Source of the DNA: Macrostomum lignano
Lineage: Eukaryota
Assembly (NCBI GenBank): GCA_002269645.1
Contig: NIVC01002529.1
Location: forward strand, 1-64,000
DNA length: 64,000 nucleotides
Direction of reading: 5' to 3'
A model generated the notes under the pieces. That model was given only the letters and a program-made list of their open reading frames with translations, was not told the DNA's origin and did not search any database. The translations under genes and the position numbers were made by a program. This document shows positions 55,424 to 64,000 of this stretch, piece after piece (positions within the stretch are counted from its first letter, which is position 1; each line of letters begins with the position of its first letter).

Positions 55424-58400
55424 CGAGGCCAACTCCTCCGTTGGAGGAGAAAGGGGAAGAACTCCCATCATCGGAATCCATCAGCTGAATCCTATGACCC
55501 GAATCTCATCATCCAAGGTCTCTCTAAAATCCATCAAATTCCTCTCCATGAAACAGAAATCCATTAAAATCCTCTCTTTCAAACAGATTTTTATTCATAA
55601 AAACTCTCTCAGTCAAACAGATATTGATCAAAACTCTCCGTGAAACAGAAATCCATTAAAATCCTCTCCGTGAAACCGATATTCATCAAAATTCACTGTT
55701 AAACGAATATCTATCAATATTATCTCCTTCAAGCAAAAATCCATCGATTTAATTTAACCAATTAGACTCTGTTAAATTAGAGTGTATTAAAAACGCTTTC
55801 TAATTGTCTGGCTTAAATATATGCAAAGAAAAGGATTCAGTGGTTAGGGTTAGGGTTAGAGCTGCACAGTGCTTCCTGTTGAAAGGCACCGATAATAAAA
55901 AAATTGAACCAATTGAACCAATTAGTTGCAAAATCGATTTTTCAGTCAGTCAGTATCAGTCTTAGTTAAAGTTAACAAAATGATTGCGCAATCTAAATCA
56001 ACCCTCCAATACACAGCGGCAGTTAGAAGTTGAAGCCCCAAATTTATCTATTGCGTCTCGAAAAAAGGAGTACAATCTTTGCAGAAAGTTAAAAGTATGG
56101 AAATCGTTTTTTGAATGCTGTGCTTTTAGTTTTCATACTTAAAGCAAACAACTTATATCAGCATTGAAAGATCTTTCCAGCAATTTAAGTCTCTTCTCTC
56201 AAAGTTCAAAACTTGAGGAACAGTTTGTTTGAAATTTCCCAGTTTAAAGCATTGAATTTTTAGTGTAATTTCACTGCCTGCTACAGTGAGAGGCTTGAAA
56301 GTTCATGCATTGAATTTCACTGTCCGCCAGTTAGCAAGGGTCCAAGTGTACACACGCAGCCACTTAGAACGCCCCCATCCCCCCACTGGAGAGAAAATGC
56401 ACTGCCCAGATAGGAAAAAAGTGGTGGCGCAATCACTCAAAATTGATGCAAATTTTCAGTTCAGAGCAGAAAAAGGGGCCAAAGAAGGTTAAGAAAACTG
56501 TTTTCTGCTTTTTTAACGGACTTGACTTTTAATTTTTCAACATTAAAATAGCCTATTTGTTGTGTAGGAAAATTCTGAATTTATATATATAAGTCTCGCA
56601 TTTGAGTTGGCAGCCGTCTAGGAGGAGATACGCGTTAAACCCGGCCGGTCGATCGATCGACCCACTCAGCTTTAGATATAACGAGTGGAACTCCTCCGTT
56701 GGAGGAGAAATCCGCTGAATTGAAATCCCCGGAATCCCATGGTTGGAATGTTGAATCTGCAGAACTCCATATCGTAACCCTAACCCTAGCTCTTGGGCCA
56801 GCGAAATTGAGCTACTGAAACGATCGCCTGCCCCCGTTGATGCATATGCATTGCGCCATCACTGTCGCAGCCCGGTTCTCACAAATGTACACTGCATTTA
56901 GCCGAATTTATTCATTTATGCCGGCCTTGTTACTTGCAAGCGTACAGTAAAGATCTACAGTACAGTCTATAGCCCATGCACCTCCCCAAATGCACAGGGA
57001 GAGTCTAGGCTTGTGCATTGCACAGTCAGAATTGAAATTAATGAAACCCCTCCCCAGCCACTTAACGTTTTCACAATTGAAATCAAGAAATTTTCTATGA
57101 CAAATTGCTCTGATGCAGTTGAGATTTCGGAACAGAAAATTATACCATTCTGTTCAGTTTTTCAAACTCTTTCCAACGGTGTGATTCACTTTTCTGTAGC
57201 TTGAAAATTAAAAGCAGAAATTAAGGTGCAAGTTTTCCCGTTTCTTACTTGCAGAGCGCAATGTACACTCTGTGATGAGTTAAAAAATCAAGCCATCCAT
57301 TCTCGCGCAGTGTGCACCTCCACCCCTTTTTAACACTGAGCAAGTAGGCCGCCAATTCTCAAGTGCCGGCGACCCTCCCCCAGCTGAAATGAAATACACT
57401 GCAGAGATAGGAGAAAAGTTGTGGCGCAACCATACAAAATAGCGTCAAGTGGGAAGGAAGTCCATGGAATGCGATATATAGACATCTGGCTGTCTGGTTT
57501 GTGCTGTTTTCTGCTTTTTTGAAGCACTTAAAATTGAAATTTGAAAATGAATTTTAAATTGTAGCATCGTCGGGACATTTGACATGTTTTGGTACCGGTT
57601 TGAAAGTTGAGTTGCAAGAATCCTAGGAGGAGATCGTCGACAAACCCGGCCCACCGGCCCACCCTACCACCGGACCACGACGTCAGCTTTAGTATATACG
57701 AGTGGAACTCCTCCGTTGGAGGAGAAATCCGCTGAATTGAAATCCCCGGAATCCTATGGTTGGAATGTTGAATCTGCAGAACTCCATATCGTAACCCTAA
57801 CCCTAGCTCTTGGGCCAGCGAAATTGAGCTACTGAAACGATCGCCTGCCCCCGTTGATGCATATGCATTGCGCCATCACTGTCGCAGCCCGGTTCTCACA
57901 AATGTACACTGCATTTAGCCGAATTTATTCATTTATGTCGGCCTTGTTACTTGCAAGCGTACAGTAAAGATCTACAGTACAGTCTATAGCCCATGCACCT
58001 CCCCAAATGCACAGGGAGAGTCTAGGCTTGTGCATTGCACAGTCAGAATTGAAATTAATGAAACCCCTCCCCAGCCACTTAACGTTTTCACAATTGAAAT
58101 CAAGAAATTTTCTATGACAAATTGCTCTGATGCAGTTGAGATTTCGGAACAGAAAATTATACCATTCTGTTCAGTTTTTCAAACTCTTTCCAACGGTGTG
58201 ATTCACTTTTCTGTAGCTTGAAAATTAAAAGCAGAAATTAAGGTGCAAGTTTTCCCGTTTCTTACTTGCAGAGCGCAATGTACACTCTGTGATGAGTTAA
58301 AAAATCAAGCCATCCATTCTCGCGCAGTGTGCACCTCCACCCCTTTTTAACACTGAGCAAGTAGGCCGCCAATTCTCAAGTGCCGGCGACCCTCCCCCAG

Positions 58401-61400
58401 CTGAAATGAAATACACTGCAGAGATAGGAGAAAAGTTGTGGCGCAACCATACAAAATAGCGTCAAGTGGGAAGGAAGTCCATGGAATGCGATATATAGAC
58501 ATCTGGCTGTCTGGTTTGTGCTGTTTTCTGCTTTTTTGAAGCACTTAAAATTGAAATTTGAAAATGAATTTTAAATTGTAGCATCGTCGGGACATTTGAC
58601 ATGTTTTGGTACCGGTTTGAAAGTTGAGTTGCAAGAATCCTAGGAGGAGATCGTCGACAAACCCGGCCCACCGGCCCACCCTACCACCGGACCACGACGT
58701 CAGCTTTAGTATATACGAGTGGAACTCCTCCTTCGGAGGAGAAAGGGGAAGAACTCCCATCACCGGAATTCCATTTCCTGAAATATCCATCAACTGAAAT
58801 TCCATGCCTTGAACCCTATCTTCCAAATCGTCTCCAAATTCTTTACAAAACCTTTAAAAGACCATAGCTCAAAGACTCTCACGTCTATCATATCTCCTCT
58901 CTACTCTCTTCGCTATTATCGTGACTCTCTTCTCTCTCCTCTCTCTCATCTTATCTCTACCCCTACTCCCTTATTTATCTCTTCTCCCTCGTCTTTCGTC
59001 TGTACCCTCTCCTGTCTCCTGTCTCCTCTCTTCTCTCTTATCTCTCCCTCTTCTCTTCTCTCTCATATATCATCTCTACTCACTTATCTATCGTCTCTCT
59101 TAACCCTCTCTCTCTCTTCTCTTTTCTCTTCTCTCAGCTCTCATTTCTCATATCTCAAATACGCTCTCACACTCTACTTTCTTGTCTCCCATCTTTCTTT
59201 CCTTCTTTCCACTATCCCCTGTCTCTTCTCTTCTCTCTTTTCTATCCTCTCCATTCTCTCTTTTCTCCTCTCCTTGCTCCTTTCATCTTCTCCCCTCTCT
59301 TCTCTAATCTCTAATCTCTAATCTCTTCTCTCTTATGTTCTCACGCATCTCTTCTCATCGCATCTCTCATCTCTCCTCTCCGCACTACTTTCCTCTCTTA
59401 ACTCTCTCATCTATGATCTTTCATCTCTCTCCTCTCTCCTCTCTCTCTTCTCCTTTCGCTTCTCTCTCCTTTCTCCCCTCTTTTCTCCTCTCTTCTCTCT
59501 CCTCTCTCCCCTGCTCTCTCATCCCTCATCCCCTCATCTCACTCTTTCTTTCTCCTCTACTCTTCCCTCTCTTCTATTTCCTCTGTACGCTCTTATCCCT
59601 CATCTATTCTCTCTCCTATTATCTCTCTTGTATCCCTTTGCTATCTCATATCTCCCCTCTCATCTCCTCTCTCCTCTTCTCTTCTCTCTCCTTCGTTCCC
59701 GCCTTACTCCCCTTTTTTCTCCCATCTGTCATGTCTAATCTCTCCACTCATTTCTACTCTGTTTTCTATCATCTCATCTCTCTTCTCTTTTCATTCTTCT
59801 CTTTACTCTCTTCTCTAACTGATTGAAGATGCCAAATCCATCAAGATCCTCTCCGCGCGAAGCAGAAATCCTGTCCGTGCAACTGAAAACCATCGAAATC
59901 CTCTCCGTGAAACTGGACTCCTTCGAAATCCTCTCCTTGAAACTTAAATCCATCAAAATGGTCTCCATAAAACAGAAATCAATCATAAATTATCTCCACG
60001 AAACAGAAATTCTCTCCGTCAAAATTAAAACATTGAAATCGTCTCCGCTAAACTGGACTCAATCGAATTTTTTCCGTCAAACAACTCAACTCCGGATTCA
60101 TTGGTTAGGGTTAGGGTTAGGGTTAGGGTTAGAACTACGCACAGGTTTGTGTTAAAAGGCACTGATAAGAATATTGAACTAATTGAATCAATTCATTGCG
60201 CAACCGATTTCACAGTCAGTCAGTACCAGTCTCAGTTAAAGTTAACAAAAACATTGCGCAATCTAAATCAACCCTCCAATACACAGCAGCAGTGAGAAGT
60301 TGAACCCTCCCCCCAACTTTATCTATTACGTCTCGCAAAACTGAGTACAATCTTTGCAGAAAGTTAAAAGTATGGAAATAGTTTTTCAAATGCTGTGCTT
60401 TTTCTTTTCATATTTAAAGCAAACAACTTATATCCCCGAACTCAGCGTTGCAAGATCTTTCCAGCAATATAAGTTTCTCTTCTCAAAGTTTAAAACTCGA
60501 GGAACAGTTAGCGTTTGAAATTTACCGATTTCCCAACTGCTTGCTAGAGAAGCTCGCAAGTTTATTCATTGAAATTCACTGCCCAGCTAATACACAGGGC
60601 CGATAATAAAACCAATTGAATCTCGGCACAGTTCTATCTGTTTACAACAGCTATGTACACTCAGCCCAAGCCCAACCCCCCGTTCCGGGGGAATCATTAA
60701 ATTTAACTCAACCCCTCAACTCGCGGGGTTTTATTTGCATTGAACGCAGAACACGCGCACCCACCACCCCTCAATACACAGCGGCCCGCGGGCGGAGGTT
60801 GGGGTGGCTATTTTTACAAACTGGCTGAAGCCCCAGGCAGAGTAGCAAAAGAAGGTTATTGGGGGTCAAAAAGGCAGTTTTCTGCTTTTTTTGAGGATCT
60901 TAGAAATTAAAATTTCAGAATTAAAATAGCCTATAGCCGACCTCGGATAATTTCCAATCTTCCCAACCTTAAAGCAGAAATTAAGGTGCAAGTTTTCCCG
61001 TTTCTTACTTGCAGAGCGCAATGTACACTCTGTGATGAGTTAAAAAATCAAGCCATCCATTCTCGCGCAGTGTGCACCTCCACCCCTTTTTAACACTGAG
61101 CAAGTAGGCCGCCAATTCTCAAGTGCCGGCGACCCTCCCCAGCTGAAATGAAATACACTGCAGAGATAGGAGAAAAGTTGTGGCGCAACCATACAAAATA
61201 GCGTCAAGTGGGAAGTCCATGGAATGCGATATATAGACATCTGGTCTGGCTGTCTGGTTTGTGCTGTTTTCTGCTTTTTTGAAGCACTTAAAATTGAAAT
61301 TTGAAAATGAATTTTAAATTGTAGCATCGTCGGGACATTTGACATGTTTTGGTACCGGTTTGAAAGTTGAGTTGCAAGAATCCTAGGAGGAGATCGTCGA

Positions 61401-61460
61401 CAAACCCGGCCCACCGGCCCACCCTACCACCGGACCACGACGTCAGCTTTAGTATATAGA
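55424..61460 (-). mobile_element. Four head-to-tail minus-strand non-autonomous Helitron-like copies, family C (55424-56681, 56682-57698, 57699-58715, 58716-61460)
   Basis: Minus-strand 5' TCTATATACTAAAGCTG; 3' hairpin CTCCTCC-nnn-GGAGGAG then CTCG; the middle two copies are 1017-bp near-identical repeats. Confidence 0.72.
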
Positions 61461-61588
61461 GAAGAGAGAAGAGAGAAGAAGAGATTACATATGGACTAGA
61501 TATTTAATTCAACCAAAATTCTCGATTCCCGAGTGCTCAATCATAATTATATTGGACCTCCATCGCCAACCAATCCATCCAATGCCAA

Positions 61589-61927
61589 TCAGTCGAACGG
61601 GCTGACGCACTGGCAGAGCGCGTAGTTATTCTCCGATTCGGCTTTGTCGTTGAACACAACGCCTGACTTCTCCAGCACCATGCGATTCTGGTTCACGTCG
61701 TTGTCGGGATCGTCCGAGTCCCACAGCGAGCGGCTCATGTTCACGGGCAGGCCGGAGCCCAGCCACAGCCAGCCCTGGTCCGGCTCCACGCTGCCAGGCG
61801 GCTGGAAGGCGTTCAGCCAGGCCTGATCGGACCACGGATAGCCGCCCATGGTGGCAGCGTGGTCCATGTCCTGGCGGTCCACCAGCTCAGCCAGGCGGGA
61901 CAGGCCTCCGAGCGACTTGCAGTGTGT
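61589..61927 (-). CDS. Terminal exon encoding a C-type lectin-like domain (host gene; upstream exons not identified)
   Basis: Acceptor ttcccatgcag|; C..LGG...LA..., AWLNA, GWLW..G......W....PDN, FND, ALCQC then stop; GC-rich codon usage like the T-box exons. Confidence 0.7.
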   Translation of the reverse strand, partial: THCKSLGGLSRLAELVDRQDMDHAATMGGYPWSDQAWLNAFQPPGSVEPDQGWLWLGSGLPVNMSRSLWDSDDPDNDVNQNRMVLEKSGVVFNDKAESENNYALCQCVSPFD

Positions 61928-63098
61928 CTGCATGGGAAAGTTGGCAACTTTTATTTGTTTATTTACTTTGGAGTCTGACTAAGAATTTATCACGTGACTC
62001 TTGATGCCAGGACTTATTACTATACTCAACAACATTAAAAAGTTGCCACCTGTGAGAGTGCGCAGTAGATTCCAGCTCAGTATTGACTTTTGAGTGACGC
62101 AACTTGCGCCACGCGACGCAGAGTTGGGCTGGGTGAGGAGGATTGGGAAGAGCGGAGGGTAAAGATTGGATGGATTGAAGCTGCCGCCCGGTTCTCATTG
62201 TTTTTTCAAGCATGTTTTAATATCAAAATGGTTGACCAAGTGATAGACACTGGTCGAAAGACACTGCTCACTGGGGCAAAGGGTGGCGACTGTTCAATGT
62301 TGCTGAGTATAATTACCTGTTTCTGCTCAACTGCACCATTGCAAATATTAGCTAACCTTAAACATCCATTTCTGACACATGGAGCTGGCACCAGACAGAT
62401 GCTAAACGACTACCTGATCTGCCAACCATGAGTGATCCCATTGGGACGGACAGTTTGATATCAAATGTCAGCTGCTCGGGAAGTTAGTCAGCTGGAAATG
62501 ATAAACATGTTTTAGATGACAACTCAAGGACGACTTAAGTATAACTACCTGCAGCTTTATAATTGACTCATTGTTTGTTTTGCCAACGTTTCAATCTGAA
62601 TCAGCTGAATCAATCGTTTCTTGAACCGATACTCGTAAAGCAATTTGATAACAAAGCCTTTATGGCATTCGCATAGTTATATTTTCCAGAAATTTACAAG
62701 CTACAAGATACTCTCTAGGATGTACTTTTGCAGAAATTCTATCTGCCAACAGGAGCCCCAGCAAGGCATACACTGCCCTATTTTGGTTATGAGCGCATTG
62801 AAGAACTCACAAGAGGACTGATATGGTTTAGCTCAACTTAATAGAAGCATTATCCGACTAGCTAAAATTTCTGTCTGTTGATTTCAATGGTTAGCTGAGC
62901 TGTCAGGAGCAGAAGTACAGAGCATTCAAGAGCAAGATATTGTATTTTCTTTCTTCATAGCTGTTCTTCAGCTTGCTCTTAACCTTGGCTGAGAATACGA
63001 GGTATTTCCTATTTGGTGAAAAATTGCCCCCCTGATAAGAGGCTGAGCAGCCCAGTTCAGAATGGAGACAAATGAGCTTTATTTAGTCAAAGCTAAAT

Positions 63099-63385
63099 GG
63101 GCAGATCAGCTCAGTGGTAAACGCATTTGACACGGTCTTTGGTTCGATTCCGTGCTCAAACACATTCACATTGCCTTGGGCTTGTGTGCTTGTGTGTGTG
63201 GTCAAGGTCAAGAAAGTCAGGGCTGCTGTACACCCTGTGTGAGCGTGTGTTTGAGTGCTCAGGAGTCAGCGGAATGTACAGAATTGCCGTCAGCTCTGGT
63301 TGTGGGACCGATGCCGCCGAAGTCGTAGCGCCAGGGATGCCCCACAGCCCCTCCTACAAATATGATTATGATTTTATTATTATCT
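63099..63385 (+). mobile_element. tRNA-derived SINE-like element
   Basis: A box (CAGCTCAGTGGTAAA), B box (GGTTCGATTCC) and ATGATT/TTA simple-repeat tail. Confidence 0.6.
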
Positions 63386-63582
63386 AGAAATTACACATCG
63401 TCGCAGAGACAAACTTCACAAGCTTGAAAGTTACCAAAATTTTTTGTTTTTCGACGATGTCAAGTTTTGAGCTTATGAACTTTCGAGCTTGTGAAACGCC
63501 CTCACCCAGGTAGTACTCTATGAAGAGGCACGGCGCCTCAGCAGATGAACTGCGCCTCTGCCTTGGAAAGCCTTGCAACCAC

Positions 63583-63897
63583 AGCACTGAGATCAGTGAG
63601 ACAACTGCAACCAGAGCACTGAGATCAGTGAGACAACTGCAACCAGAGCACTGAGATCAGTGAGACAACTGCAACCAGAGCACTGAGATCAGTGAGACAA
63701 CTGCAACCAGAGCACTGAGATCAGTGAGACAACTGCAACCAGAGCACTGAGATCAGTGAGACAACTGCAACCAGAGCACTGAGATCAGTGAGACAACTGC
63801 AACCAGAGCACTGAGATCAGTGAGACAACTGCAACCAGAGCACTGAGATCAGTGAGACAACTGCAACCAGAGCACTGAGATCAGTGAGACAACTGCA
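63583..63897. repeat. Tandem repeat, 32-bp unit (CAGAGCACTGAGATCAGTGAGACAACTGCAAC), ~10 identical copies
   Basis: Directly visible; each unit contains the small palindrome CACTGA-GA-TCAGTG. Confidence 0.95.
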
Positions 63898-64000
63898 GCA
63901 ATCCTATTAAAATCAATCGCTTCTCAACTAGCAGCAGCAATTAGTAAAGCTACTAGTTAGTTTTCTCATTTGTTCACACTCACGTTGGCCTGCTCCCAGG

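Noticed and set aside
60103-60132. True telomere
   Set aside because: Only five units, embedded within a dispersed repeat.
63384-63587. Minus-strand ORF with a weak prefoldin-alpha-like look (EYYLGEGVSQARKFISSKL)
   Set aside because: Similarity is too short and no convincing exon chain could be built; it needs a profile search.

Overview
Repeat-rich animal (metazoan) genomic DNA with spliceosomal introns; no prokaryotic features. The centre is a complete 18,773-bp Polinton/Maverick (adintovirus-like) element at 17164-35936, with perfect 164-bp AGTAGT-ended terminal inverted repeats and a 6-bp target-site duplication (CAGGTC). It has all core genes: protein-primed PolB, packaging ATPase, minor and major capsid, RVE integrase with chromodomain, adenain-like protease, PLA2-like protein and basic core proteins. 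Its left arm carries an unusual accessory set: a divergent two-repeat TATA-binding-protein homolog, a deoxynucleoside kinase, a dUTPase, a spliced putative OB-fold ssDNA-binding protein, and three copies of a ~110-nt multi-stem element with compensatory base changes. The element sits about 170 bp upstream of a 5-exon host T-box gene that ends in an eh1-like motif. The left end of the window holds a minus-strand, intron-containing Helitron Rep/helicase gene with an OTU domain and a frameshifted helicase. The right third holds two convergent head-to-tail arrays of non-autonomous Helitron-like elements (one copy with a nested hAT-type MITE), a C-type lectin exon, a SINE and minisatellites. All family assignments come from motif recognition by eye; no database searches were run.
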